Shown one piece after another: positions 26,101 through 41,100 of a DNA stretch of 64,000 nucleotides; position 1 is the first letter of the stretch; every line of letters begins with the position of its first letter. Origin of the DNA: Lytechinus pictus (lineage: Eukaryota). The DNA lies in assembly GCF_037042905.1 (NCBI RefSeq), contig NC_087245.1, forward strand, positions 34,660,001-34,724,000. Direction: 5' to 3'. The notes below the pieces were generated by a model, which was given only the letters and a program-made list of their open reading frames with translations, did no database searches and was not told the DNA's origin. Made by a program: the position numbers and the translations under genes.

Positions 26101-29100
26101 CTTCCATTGGTCTTTTATAATGTTCATCTGTCAGCATTTTAAAACAATAGTGGCCTGTATTCTGAACTCAGGTTTAATACAACATCTGTCATAAAGTAGT
26201 GATTTAACTATGGATAGCCAATTGTGACAGGAATCTTTATTAATACAGGTTATTATTTATTATTATTTTGTTGTTTTGGCGTCACCTGTGCCTGGGAGGC
26301 GAAAAGCGAACTGAATCACTATGACCCGCAGGTCTCTCCTCCCGATATAACTGATTGGGGGGAATGCAGGTGGACCACTACACCGATGTTTCCCCCTACT
26401 CTTATACGAATAGTGCAGTGGGTTCTTAACGTGTAAAGGTGGTGACTCTCCTCTACACGGGGCGTCCATTTAACATCCTATCCGAGGGACGGACGTCCTA
26501 TCCGAGGGATCTAATTTGACACTCCAGTCAATCATAACTGTTTTGGAATAACGACTCAAATAGTTTGTCACCACAAAAGCACGAGGAGAGAACACAGAAA
26601 ATATAGAAGCACATAATCCAAAACAAAAATATTGACATTTTCGGCTTCTCATAATTTTAGCCCAGAGCTAGACAATGGCCTCACTTAAGCTTTCCTACAG
26701 AATACAGGTCAATGTATCGCATTCTGATACTTGAACCTCGGTCTAACCCTAAAAACACACTTCTATTGAATGCTGGCTTCAAAATATTTGCTCCATATTC
26801 ATGACAAATATTATGTACCAATTAATTCATTTAAACTCATTATATTTTTGCACTTTCCTATTCTTTCCATTTCACGACTCAATTATTTGTTGACAACTTT
26901 TTGCAGCAGGATATTAAAGATAACTGGCACTCCATACAAGTGTGGTCTCAGTTGACCCAGGGTTGACTATAACACCAATGGGTTCTACTTACAGCGAATG
27001 CCTTGCTGAAATCCAGGACACCGTCACCAGCTCCTGAAGGAGTATCATCAATGTGATAGACCCTCTCTCTTGAATCCTTCTTACGTCCCATGGCTGTGTT
27101 CACCTCCATCGCTGTTATCTTCTTGGGAGTTTTGAACTGCCAGATGTAGATGGCTTCCTTGGAGGCAGCTATCACATGGGTTTTGGTCACAGCAACGAAC
27201 GATGGCTCTAGTAACAGGAACAAAAGAAGAAAGAATCATATAGCATATGTGAACTTGAAACCCTATCCTAGAGTCCCAAGTTCTTATTTTTAACTTTTAT
27301 TTTTTATTTTCCCCATATATATCCATATATACAAGGTGGCATGTATCAGAAACTTGGTGGTGCTCCATGTTGGGACTTTCAACCAAAAAGATAAACAAGA
27401 ACAACAACAAATAGAAAAAATAATGAATTTGTGATTATATGATGTTTTTAATATTTCTTTAAGTACAATTTTTGTTAAAGGTTGGCCTCACAAAGGGTTT
27501 CTTCCTTTTTGGTCATTACCTTCCTCACTTTCTTTAAATTTGATGTTCATTGTATTTACATTGTCTATTTTGTATGTATTTTTATCTTGATCTCTTGAGG
27601 AGAAATAAATGAAACTTGAAACTTGAAGCAGTGATAAACAAGATATGATAACGGATAGTGGATTATGATACAGACAACAGAACACAGAATTCACATTTTT
27701 TCAGGGCCTAAAATTTGAATCACAAAAAAAAAGAAGAGAAAAGTCATGAAGATCAAGGCCAAATCCGATAAAAGAAAAATATGCAGAATGGAAAATATAT
27801 CCATCTTTCTGTTTTAATCTGCTCTTCGTAGCATAAATGTATAAATTAATAGGCTACCGGGGTAATTTTTTTTTAATTGTTTACCTTTATAAGCATGGCA
27901 ACTTTGTTTTCTAGCCTATAACAATAGTCATTGAAAATCAGTGAATATTGTGAAATTGAATGACTATGAGAATATTGCTGTAGAATGGCTATTGGCTGTG
28001 AAAGCAGGCTTGGTAAAATCATGTGACTCACCTATATCAATGTACTTGGATTCCAGCGGAGTTCCAATGCAGTTACACAGCACAAGCACATACTGAAACA
28101 TAAAAAAAAACGTTACTCTATATTGTGGTGGGTGAATCAGTGTTTCAAATATAATGGAATGAAAGCCTTGAAACCAGTTGAATTGTACAAAACAAAACAA
28201 AATCAAAGAAGCAGATCGACAAATATTTGATAATAATTGAATATATGATAACATTGTAATAATGTTAAGATCACCACTAATAACAATAATAATATGCAAC
28301 ATTTATATAGCGCTTAATACAAATGTTTCTAAGCTCTGCATACTATTACCCTGGCTTTAGCACGGCTACCCTGATTGGGTGCACGAGCATTCAAGGAATT
28401 CCTTCCTACCAGACACCCATTTACTACACCTGGGTCGAGAGTGGCAAATGTAGATAAGCGTCTTGCCAAAGGACGCTAGTGCTGCGATGGGATTTGAACC
28501 CCAGACCTTGTGGTTCAAAGTCCGAAGACTTATCCACTAAGCCACAACACCTCTACATCCAATGCTATGGAGATCCTCCCATCGACACTCATCAAGGTGT
28601 GAGATGTCACACATTAACTTAAAATTCGACTTCATCAATGAAGCATCAGAATGGAAAATTATTTTTCAAAGTTTGATTACATTGATAGGAAATGCACACA
28701 CATCATGTCAAAGAAGAGAAGATTTGGGGTAGGGATCACCAGTTGTGCAAAACTTAGGAACAGATTTATAAAATGACCCCTGGATACCTTTAAAAATCAA
28801 ATTTTAGTCTACTATTCTAACCATATTTCCCGCTTTTCCTCGCGCATAGAGACCCTTAGGTGTTATGTGTCTATTAAAGCAGATACAAACCAATAGCGCC
28901 ATGTCGAGTCCTCAACTACTCATACCTGGCCAGTTTCCCAACCCATAATGCTAGTGTAGTCTAGTAATATAGACCCACTTGAATGATAACATGCTAATTA
29001 ACTACACAATATATTTATACCGCAATAATTGTGTTACCAAATAGCAAAGCAATTACCTTTTCTCTCAAAACATTTACTTTCACTATACAAATACAAAAAT

Positions 29101-32100
29101 AGGTCAATTTGTTCTCTGTAGCATTAGTAGATATCTGAAACATATATGTAAAGACTATGTATTTATAACACACAGTCAATGAGAGACCACACACAGTTCA
29201 CTCCCCCTTTAAGAACTGTATCGTTATTATTGATATATCTAGGTGAACCAACAATGGGATAACCACCATCAAACATATAATACATGACACTCATTATTAG
29301 ACACTCATTATTAAATAATGAATAAAGAAACTAAACTAGCATCATTTTTTTCCCCCAATAAAGTGATGAAACAAAGAGGTCCAATTTCACAAAAGTGGCT
29401 TAAACTAGGAGAAAGTACAAAAACCATCCTACTTTTTTTGTAAAAAAAATGCAAAAAACACACTGCATACATGTAAGTGCTTTAACATAATTGGAACATA
29501 TTCCATGTGCGTGTATGCCTTAAACCGAGGTAGAACTTTAACCCTAAAAGAGCCGGGTTATTTGGACCCATCTCACAGCCGAGGGGGGCGGATTCTGCCC
29601 CCCCCCCCCCCCCGAGATCTTGGCCTTTGATCGCACGAGCGCCACAAAAATTTGCACGGTGGTAGTGTGCGATAAAATCTACAAGGCTATATGGTTGATT
29701 TTTTGAAATAATAAAATAATGAATTAATTAAGCTAATTTATGCATGAAATAAAACATTTGCTCTAATGAACTTTCATACGGCCCCAAAACTGCCAATTTG
29801 TTATTCACAGACTCTTTGTAGAATCCCAATCAAATGTACTTTAAAAATTTGTATTTGTACATAAATTCATGTTTTTGAGCAGTTTTGGGTCTGACATGCA
29901 CTTACATAATGTTGCATAATTTCGTAACCGCGTACCGGGCATCGCAAATTTGGTCTCAAAAGTTGTGCTAGATTTGACAGTAAAACGTCAACAAGTGGCG
30001 CAGTTGAAAAATTTCGCGCGGCGGGTTTATCACAAAAAATGTAGAGGGGGGGCGGAATCCCCCCAGGCCTTTTAGGGTTAAACTCTCTGGAGTTTAAACT
30101 TCTTATACCAATTTGGACCCTCATGGAAATGCTTGGATGTATATGTTAAAGTTTGGCCAGAAAATACAAAATGGGTATTCAAAAATGGTGATGAGAAGAT
30201 GTGCATTTTTCTGTGATTCTACGGGGATTGCTTTTCACAATACAAAATATAGAGGAAATGGAATATAGTATAAAAAAATTGATGGATTACTTGAAAAACA
30301 GACAAGAAAAGGGGCCCATTAGCAGTAACTGTGACATTATTGTAATTTCTATGGTAAACAGGTCTCAGAAGTCAACAAAAATCAAAGTTTCTATGGTAGT
30401 TAATGTACTATAAATGGCAAAGTAATCATGAAATAAGGTAGGAAAATCTTGATAAATTGAGCCCAGGGAGAAATTTCATTAAAAAAATTTTGTCTGACAT
30501 GTTGCCATATCTGACATCTTTCCTTTATTTTGATTGGCTGAGAGGTAAATGTGTTTGATAATTAATATGGTAACTGTCAGATGACCAGAACTTGTTATAA
30601 TACAATGTACTGACAGCTTTCACGAAACTGTTCCCTAGTTTTTGAAAACGAAAACAAAAAATGAAAATAACAGGCCCGAATTCACAAAGGTGGTTTTGAA
30701 AACCCACGGTTGAGTCCATGGTTTATGCAGATTTCCTGTATAAATTACGCTTATTTTACCGCGTATAGTAAAAAATGTCCAATGCTGATGCGCGTTTTTT
30801 TCACAGTGCGCCAAATTGACACCTGTTGCCATGGTTATCCATGCTATTTTATTCATGAGTCCACTGTTTTAAATTAATGAGTCCACTATTCAAGCAGTGG
30901 ACTCATGAATAAAATAGCGTATCTAACCATGGAAACAGGCGTCAATTTGGCGCACTGTGACAAAATTGCGCATCAGCATTGGACATTTCTTACACACGCG
31001 CCCGATACGCGCTAAATTAAGTGTAATTTATACAGGAAATCTGCATAAACCATGGATTCAACCATGGGTTTTCAAAAACACCTTTGTGAATTTGGGCCAT
31101 AGGGTTTGACATTAGAGCAGTGTGCTCAAGTAAAACTCAGTTAAACTAGCTTGGGCCTCAAAGATATATGGCCTGTTTCCTAAATAGTTGTAACTATTAT
31201 GGCAACTACATGTATGGTGGTAACATGGCTCAGCAGCCAATCAAAAACAAGGTACAATGGAATACTCCCCAGGGAGGGGAGGATGTGCACACATTGTATG
31301 CGGAAATGACTGATTGCATCCGATGACCGGGGTAATAATATATCTGTAAAGCGCTTAGACACGTCGTTCTGATGTATTTAGCGTTATATTAAAGCGGATT
31401 ATTATTATTAATGGTAGCTGCCATAATGGCAAAGTTAAAATACATATTGCTGTAACTCTTTAAAAAGGGCCCCTGGACACGTTTGTTGAACAAGAATTGA
31501 AGGGTAGTTCAGATTTAACAAACTTGATAGGAAATTGACATAAAATGTGCACTGGAAAAGGGTTTCTAGTTTCAGTGAAAAAAAATGCTGGTTTGAAATA
31601 TTTGAACACAAATAATTTCAACTTCAATCTCTTTTGACTTATAATTTCGCTTAAATCCTCAGGAAAATCACTGCAAACACACACACATGTTATCATAGAA
31701 CACACCACACACTAGTTACCTGAATTGGGTCAGAAGGATCCTGTCGCCATGGGAACGAGTGATTCATGAAATGACATTTGGTGACTTAAAATGACATGCT
31801 TTCACTTATCATGCATAAAAAAAACATTTTTCATATTATAGAACCATTGATTTTAATTTTGTACAATCCTTCTTGTTTGTCCGTCGATGCGACGAGGACC
31901 ATCTAATCATCCTGGGGTTTAATCATTAGCTTGATGGGTCCGCAGATGGCTAGTCAGGCCAATCTGTGCCCTAAATAGTCTCTGGCAGTGTGGACAGGGA
32001 ATATTGGCTGCTGCTACAGGGTTGGCGGTCCTTGCCTTCCTGGCCTGCCTGCGGGCTACGGCCACTACGGTCCTATTGGCCTCATACAATCCAAACCCTC

Positions 32101-35100
32101 GCCTACAGGGCATTTAAAACTTTAAGTCTAAATTTCAATGGGATATATCTCTTTAAGCATGAAAATAGTGAGAATGAAAATAAATGACAAAAACTTTTTT
32201 TTAATCATTTAACATACAGCTTTGCATGTCTCAATAATTCAGATACAATGCAAAGAACAAAACATATTGACACTCGAAACTTCCCACACTTAGGCTCTAT
32301 ATACAAGTTTAATTCACTTGAAAAATATATATGATTTCTAAAATCTAGGAACGGAAAAAGCTGAGTGGATTTTTTTTACAATTTCCATCAAAATCAAATT
32401 GAAACAGAACTTCCCCTCGATTCAATCTTTCATACATGCAGCTAAAATAACCATGCCATGCAGAGTAAAATAATGTTAATTAACTCACCACTTGTCCCAT
32501 GGTTTCATCTGCCCTTGTAGCCAACACGCAGTGATCTCCATACGCCGACACTGATAACAGATTCCTCACATACTTCACATACCTCTGGACAAAGCAAAAA
32601 AAAAATAAAGATACTAGATTGATGATAAACATTGATATTACTAATATTTCAAGCTTAAAATTGATTTTGTATGATAACAAACTCTAAGAATTGGACTTCT
32701 GAAAATCAATCTCAAATCGATTTTTTCAAAATTAATTTTTATGACCTTACATTCAATTCTTTAAAACTCTTGCAAAAAAATTTCTGGCTAAATACAATTG
32801 AACATGACAAGATCTTCGAATCAATTTTAAAAATGTTCTTAAAATTGGTTTTGAATAAATTTGTAAGTGATTTTAAAAAGCTAAATTCAAAGCAACTTGA
32901 AGATGGATCTGAAAATAAAATGTAGAAAAAAATTGACAGACAGTAAAATCTATCATAAAATTCTTCCCTATTTCAATGCAGTGGTAGTGAATTTCCTATA
33001 ACCCTCATCTAAGTTTGATAAATCATAAACTTGGCATTCAGATACTTGTAAATATTGAATAGAAACAAGAAAAAAAAAGAAAAAGAAAATCAACTTGAGC
33101 TAAGGGGAATTTCATTATCACCCACGAACAAGGCACCAATTGTGCATAACTTAAAAACAGCATCATCTAATGCCGCACCACTTCTACAATAATATCCCAT
33201 TTCTAACGACCCTCATTAATTGCCCCTTTCATACAAATATGCTCACTTCAGAGTTGAGAGTATCCCAGAAGACCACGCAGTTCTCCACTCGATCAGGCTT
33301 GGTGAAAGAATAGACCACGGTACTGGCGCAGTAGCCCCACTTGTAGTCGGGACGGATGTTGGCAAAGTAGATGTAGCTATCAACAGCCAGGGCTATGCGT
33401 AATCCTCCGCCTTCCCACGATATTGCTGACAACCCATGACCGGGCACTTTTAAGGTTCGTAAATGCTACAGTACAAGGGTAGGAAGTAAGATAGAGACGT
33501 ATGCTTCATATTCACAATTGCTTGCAATCTTTTTGTACACAGAATACTTTAGACTTACCATTATAATGCTAAAATTTGAACTGATTGTATCTGTGATGTT
33601 ACACGTAAATATTTTCCTTTTTTTATATTTCAATGGAATGTTATTGATACTTTCAATAAAACATATAAATATATAGATCAATAAGGATACATTCATACTT
33701 TTTTGTGTTTGTACATAGTAATGTATAAAACAAAGTAAGTACAGGTTTGTTTCATACAATTATTGCTTATGTGAAAAGTATAAAATAGAAAAAAAAAATA
33801 TAGACCCCCAAAATCATCTTTTTAACAGCGATTAGAAGTACATAGTGGCATAATACACAGGGGCCGCGGAAGCCCCTTGTACAAAAACGTAAAAATGACC
33901 ATAGGATTGTGATTTTTTGCATGGTCAGCCCCCCCCCCCCCACTTTGAAAACCGTTCCACGGCCCCTGATACATTTCAATTTTCTTTGGTGGAGATACAA
34001 CTTTCCCTTCCTTTTAGCGATGTGCATTTCTTCTGTGTACGAAGGAAACAACATTCTTTTTAAATAGTCAATGCTTGGCTCATTATTACCATTTATACTT
34101 GTGTAAATACACCTCTTTGCTATAAGTAAGATATGATTTTTTTTCTTTTATCATCTTGTTTTTCTAAAAATCCAACAATTATGGTCTGTTCGTCTAGTGT
34201 AGAAAATCCAACATCGATTAAATAAGCTTTAAATTCGTTCCCAAATATTTTTAAATAGTTACAATGCCATAGTGCATGTTCTAAGGTTTCAAAGTCTTTA
34301 CATCCCAAAGAGCATTCTGGTGAGTCTTATATTTTCATTTTATACAACCTATAATTAAAAAATTTTTGTATCGATGGTCGTATTTATCATTATTTTTCTA
34401 ACTTTGTATAATCCAGAATCACTTCAACAGTATTTATCCTTTTAATCGAAAAGAATATTTTCCTTCATTTAATTAAGTATTGTACCATATAATGAAATAT
34501 GTATAGTAAGATAGTCTCTATTTATCATCAGATGCCAAATGACGTAGCTTGGCCATAAAATATGCTAATACTGATTAATTCAAGGATTCATTACAAAAGA
34601 CTCAGACAGTCAATTGATTGATTAGTATATATGTGTAAATAAATGAATAAAGAGATGAACAATATATACATCAAAAAGTAAATATATGAATAAACACATA
34701 GATACATTTCATACACGTAAATAATTTAATAAATAACAAAAGAATAAACAAATAAAAAATTGCATCACCATTATTTATTAAATAAAACACAAAAAAGGAT
34801 TCTTCTATTACACTGTACTTTTATCAGAATTTAGAACACAAGATGAAATCCTCATTGATAGGATTATAAATTAGTCATCATAAAAACAACTTTAACGCCA
34901 AAATTAAAACTCAAATTCACCTCTCCAAATGGGGTATAGAACTGAACGACATTGACGTCCTTATCTTGCTGCAGGGACTTCTGTGTGCCGGCCACGGCTA
35001 AAGCTGACCCATGGTAGTTCCACATCACTTTGACGACTGACATGCCAGTATCTATCAGAACAGGGTCTGTAAACAAGGTCATAACAAGGTCATAACAGCC

Positions 35101-38100
35101 GCTGTGCAGCGCCAGATCGACGAAGCTCTATCCCTTTGATCGTTGAACGCCGAACAGGGTAGCAGCAACTCCCATCTTTTAATGTCTTTTGGTCTGACGC
35201 GGCCGGGGTTTGAACCCACGACCTCCCGGTTGTGAGACGGACGCTCTAACAACTGAGCCAACACACCGGTCATATGTATTGGCTATCATGAGGATGACAA
35301 TTTCAGTACTACCTGGGGTGTTTCACAGTTAGATTTTTTTTTAAGGGCAACTTTGAGTACCTATGATACTTTATATAATGAATATGAGTGTGTGAGAACA
35401 GTGACATCATTGACTTCCTTACTCACTCACTAACCTGGGGCCTGTTTCATAAAGTGTATAATAATAACAAGTTTGCAATTACAATTAGAATCTACAAATA
35501 TTCTTTTATCTGATTGGTTGATGGTAAATTTGAATACGAAATTGTGCATTTGTTATTATAAAAACTCTTTATGAAACAGAACCCAGTATGTCCATATATC
35601 TGTTTTGTGAAAGTAAGTGAAATTGAAAATGCCATGACTTTCTTATATTCGATGAAATTTTCTGTGTTATACTTGCATGAATTTTTTCTCTTATTTGTTC
35701 AAATCAAAAATGTTGTTGGGGTGGACTAGGCCTGTAAATCAATAGGCCCAATGCTAAGAGATAACAAGCAAAGATTGGACTTACTATCATCGGTCTCATC
35801 CCGCATGATCTGTGCTCTGCCGTTATCATAACAGATTGCCAAGGTAGGACAGCCCGGCTCCACTAGACCATACTTCCCATCGTACCAATCAACGCCAGCA
35901 ATGTGAACGGCACCGGTAGCATTTGTCAGACAGTACGCTGTCAATTTAGACTACAAAAGAATCAAAAGCGGCCATTTTACAGGACACATAAATCAAAATC
36001 ATAGTGCATTGTTTAATAAAATCAATGTTTATAACTGATTATCACTTCAGTCCATGACTTGCTATAGACTTACAATTACACTGTATTGTACAAAAAATTG
36101 CATGGTGTGACAAACCTTCACAAGTTACTGTAGTGTACAAATTAACTGCATGATGGCAGTAACAAAATGTTGACAAATCAAGACATTTGTGTCATGAACC
36201 CCCCCCCACCCCGATTCCATTCGCATTTCATGGAACTGATGCAGACATTACCAGAGTATTTTTAAAAAATCTTATACCTTTCAGCAGAAATAATCAATCC
36301 CATAAAGACAAGATGATGCAGACATGATTTTTTGATAGCCAGTAACCGGCTGTTTTCACCAACTGAACGAGCAACCTTCACCATCTGTAGAAAAATAGAA
36401 AACAAGTGAACACCTTTTGCAGTCTTGCCTTCATGGTGCAATTCAGCATGAATACTCACACAAAAGTTGCCTTGGTTGTCGTAAATGTGTACTTCGCCAT
36501 TTGTCATTCCGAAGAGAATAGTTTTGGAGTCGGGTGACCACTCCACCTGACATAGCTGCATTCCTTTGAGTTCTTTACCCCAGATCCGGTTACCATCCAC
36601 CGACCCCACGATCACAGCACCTTCAAGACAGGAGAGGAGATAGATTCAAATTTAAAAACCTACATTCAACATCAAAGGTGCAAAATGCATTAACTAGGTT
36701 TTTTTTCTCCTTTAATGACTCTTATTATTATTTCCTCCAACCGACTTAATCTCGACTATTTCTTCATTGCCACCATGATAGAGTAAACTTACCACTGTTC
36801 CATCGCATGAACCCTACTCCAGAGTCTTGTAACACGAAGGTTAACGATTGATCATACCCTTGATTTTCATGATTGATCGTACATTGTAGTCAATGCAATC
36901 AATTGTAGACAATGTTCTACGATCATTACTAAGCTTTGTGGTACAGACCCCATATGTTAATTTCCTTCCGCAAGAAATGCATCCACATGAGCTGCACTGA
37001 TTACTGAGCAATTACCTAATTTTCGTGAAGTTACCTACAAATACAAACACTTTGTCCTTTTATTGGATATTGTTAGAATCTATTATGTGAATGAACCATT
37101 GCTGTATTTCTTTTTCAGTTTTGAACAAAACAATAAAACTTAAGAGGGTGGTTGGCAAACAACCTTATACTTAAAGGTCAAGTCCACCCCAGAAATTTGT
37201 TGATTTGAATCGAAAGAGAAAAATCAAACAAACATAACGCTGCAAATTTCATCAAAATCGGATGTAAAATAAGAAAGCTATGACATTTTTAACTTTCGCT
37301 TATTTTTCACAAAACAGTTAAATGCACAACTCAGTGATATGCAAATGAGAGTCGATGATGTCCATCACTCACTATTTCTTTCGTTTTTTATTGTTTGAAT
37401 AATACAATATTTCAATTTTTACAAATTTGACAAGAAGGACCAACTTAAACTTAACCATAAACTGTTAAAACAATGGTTAATTCCACATGTTCAGGGAGAA
37501 ATGAAACTGTTTCACTAGCTTGACAAGGAGAAAATTAGAATATTTCATATTTCATATAATAAAATACAAAAGAAATAGTGAGTGGGTGACGTCATCAGTC
37601 TGCCAATTTGCATACCGACCAGGATGTGCATATAACTGTTTTGTGAAATTAAGCGAAACTTTAAAATGTAATAACTTTCTTATTTTACATCCGATTTTAA
37701 TGAAATTTTCAGTGTTATGCTTGTTGGATTTTTCTCCTTTTTTTCAAATCAACTTTTTGTTGGGGTGGACTTGTCCTTTAACATTAGCCATATACATCTT
37801 TTTAAATAAAAATACACAATATGCATCTCAAGCATTCTTTGGAATGGTTAGTTCATAATTGTGCATCATAATTGTTGTTATCATTGCACTATTGCACTGT
37901 TTGTCTTATTTCCTTTCCCTTTTCCTTTCGAGGCCTCCATCAATTGCAAGCTCTAAGGTTAAGATGGAGGTCTCCCACATTTCAAAATGCATTATGTCGA
38001 TATATGTACATACATATATATTTTTTTGTTCTGCTATTTGTTTTAATTATAAAAAAAAATTATCAGGTATATATATATTTCAATTAGATTGTTAGAATGT

Positions 38101-41100
38101 ATGTATGCATATGTTATTCATTATGTCATTTGCTTATTGTTATGTTATACTGAGAAAAAAACGATTACACTTGTATATATACTTTTGTTATTGGAATGTG
38201 GAAATAAATAAATAAAATCAAAAAATCAAATCATTATCATTATTATTTGACTGAAGATAATAAATCATGATAGCATACCATCTTCATAGACGATACAGAT
38301 TCGCTGGCCATCTGACGTCCATGCCATGCTCCTTACGACAGACTTGTTTCTATTGTTGATCATCTCCTCAAACCAACAACCTGAAAAGAAAATGAAACAA
38401 TCAGATGGTCAAACTACATGGAAGAGCCGTGGTGTAGTGCTTCTGACTCTCGCCTTGTAAACAGAGGGTCGTGTGTTCGAATCCCACCGCAGTCTAGTGT
38501 CCTTCGGCAAGGCGTTAATCCACACTTTGCCACTCTCGACCCAGGTGCTAAATGGGTACCCGGAAGGATGCGAAAGATATTGTATGAATTGCTTGAATTA
38601 GCCAGCGCCATAATGAGGCTGCGATGAATGCAAGGAATGTTCCCCAGGGAGTGGAAATTGTGCACTTTTTGTGCAGGATTGAAATGAATCCAATGACTGG
38701 GGTAATAACATACTGTAAAGCGCTTTGAGCCATTTTGGGAAAAGCGCTATACAAAAATTGGCTATTATTATTATCATTCCATAATTTCAAAATGTTTGAC
38801 ATCTCTAAAACCTGATCTTTCCTTCCCATATAATAATTAATTTCAAATTCATACCCCCCCCCCAACAAAAAAAATACATGTACAAATATACAAATTTACC
38901 CCCACAAATATATAAATAAAGGTATAGTTTAAACTTGAATTCTTAAAAGTACTTTAAAACTTACTTAAATAAACTGAATTCAAAAAGTAGTTCAATTTCA
39001 TAATAATACTTACTCCTCACAAACCTAATTTTAAATCAAGATAATACAGTTATGTATATTTATCAACATTCACCCAGAAGCCTTATGTTGATTTGGAATA
39101 ACAAGTTTTTTGTTTTTTTTCAATATGTTCATACATGTTCAATTTTTTGAAATTTGCAAAAGGAGAATTATTTCTAAGGAATAATAAACAATCAAACATA
39201 AATGTGAATAAGTGAAAATGTTTGTTCTCTATCAAGTGGATACATTGTCTTTTAAACAGCATTACAAGTAATTTCCATATCACAGTTTTATCAGTACTAT
39301 CCGATGATGAGGCTGCATTCTACAAGCTTCGCTTTTTAGCAGCTTCCTCCGTTTCCGACCTGATACATGGTTATCTTGATTATTATACATATAAAGTTTC
39401 CTTGTTTTATTGATTATAATTGTACATATGTTTTTAAATGTCAAATAAATGAATTGATTGATTGATTGATAATTATATCAAGATGTATGTAACAAAACTT
39501 ATTGTAAATGATTGTTGGAAATGGAAAATAAATAAATGAAATGAAATGAGAATACTTACCCTTATAGAACATCCATACAATGATGAGGCCATACTCGTCA
39601 CTTGAAGTCAGTTTCTGATACTGAGAATTCCATGTAACAACTTGCACAGCACCTACAAAGCAGAAAATAACAAATCAACATTTACTGCCACATAATAAAA
39701 TATTGCATTTGACTTCAAAGAAATATCAAACAGCTAGTAGCGTTGACAGACAAATGCATGTGTAAGTGCGCTTATGGCCATTATCAATTATCATTTATTT
39801 CATATGGCATGACACAGTATTGATTACAGAGATTCCCTTGGGAGCAAGACGTATCCACATGATAATTATTTTTGCCCTATATTGAGGAATGATAACAAGT
39901 GTGTTCATGGCATCTTCTGTAAGTTATTCTACTTTCCTCAGAGCATAATGATAGTGGAAATTTCTGTAGATATTTAGAATCGAATCAAATTAAATCAAAT
40001 TTGGGCAAAAAAATAAAACAAGTGGAACGCCTCTGGCAGTCTCGCCTGCATTACGCGATTCAATATAGCAACAGTGCTGACTTTGAAAACAGCTATTGAA
40101 TACTTAGTCACAAAAGAAAACACTCATATGGTGATAAAGTACTATGTCCATTGACCAAACATGACCTTTGACCATAATCATGTGACCTAAGACGTGGGCA
40201 AAACATACTTGATCACCCTTATGTCTATGTTTGATGAACTACATGTGTACATCCATAAATTTTTTAAAGTTATGATGCCAATTCAACAAATATCCCCAAC
40301 ACGGCAAACTTCCTTGACCTTAAATGACCTTTGATCTTGGTCATGTGACCTGAAATGCACAAAGGATATTCAGGGAAATATGGTTACTCTTACGCCCAAG
40401 TCTCATGAACTAGATACATAAACTTAATATTACAATTCCACAAATATCCCCAACATTTTCAAAGTTCATTGACCCTAAATGACATTTGACCTTGTTCATA
40501 TGACCAGAAACTCACACAGGATGTTCAGGGATACTAATTGCTCTTATGTTTAAGTTTCATGAACTAGACTTAAAAATCAGATTTCATCTTTGACTGATAT
40601 TGGTAAAAGTTTCAAAAAAAAAATTATAAAACAATAAAATAAAATAAAAATCACCAGTTGTGCACAAAGTTGTTTGTAATAAAGTTGTTATTATCTTACA
40701 AACAGTTCTATAAAACATGGGCCAGGAGGAAATCAAAGCTTACCAGAATGTCCTTCTAGTGTTTGATTCATAGAAAGGTTACTTGGTGCAGCAAGACCTC
40801 TCTGCTTTGCATCTTTTCCTAAAATTGCAACAAAAACAAAAAAACAAGAACATCATCGTTCACGTAATGGTGATAGTAGTAACACTTTATGGATTCCACA
40901 AGTACTGATTTATTAGATTATTACTTTAGTTAGACATCTTGCAGCAGTAAATAACTTTCAATAATTCACATCATATATCATTCATATCATATTCATTTGA
41001 ATTAGTATAAAGTGACTTACAGAGCACTCTGTGCCTGAGTTAATATAGAATTCATCTTTATGGTCAGATAAAATCCTTTTTAAACTGAACAAAATATATT

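Noticed and set aside
35196..35268. tRNA-Val(CAC)-like gene
   Set aside because: Poor acceptor stem, D-loop lacks GG, and it runs directly into a SINE body. The other tRNA-like heads (5888, 9478, 14447, 38420, 62772) are also SINEs.
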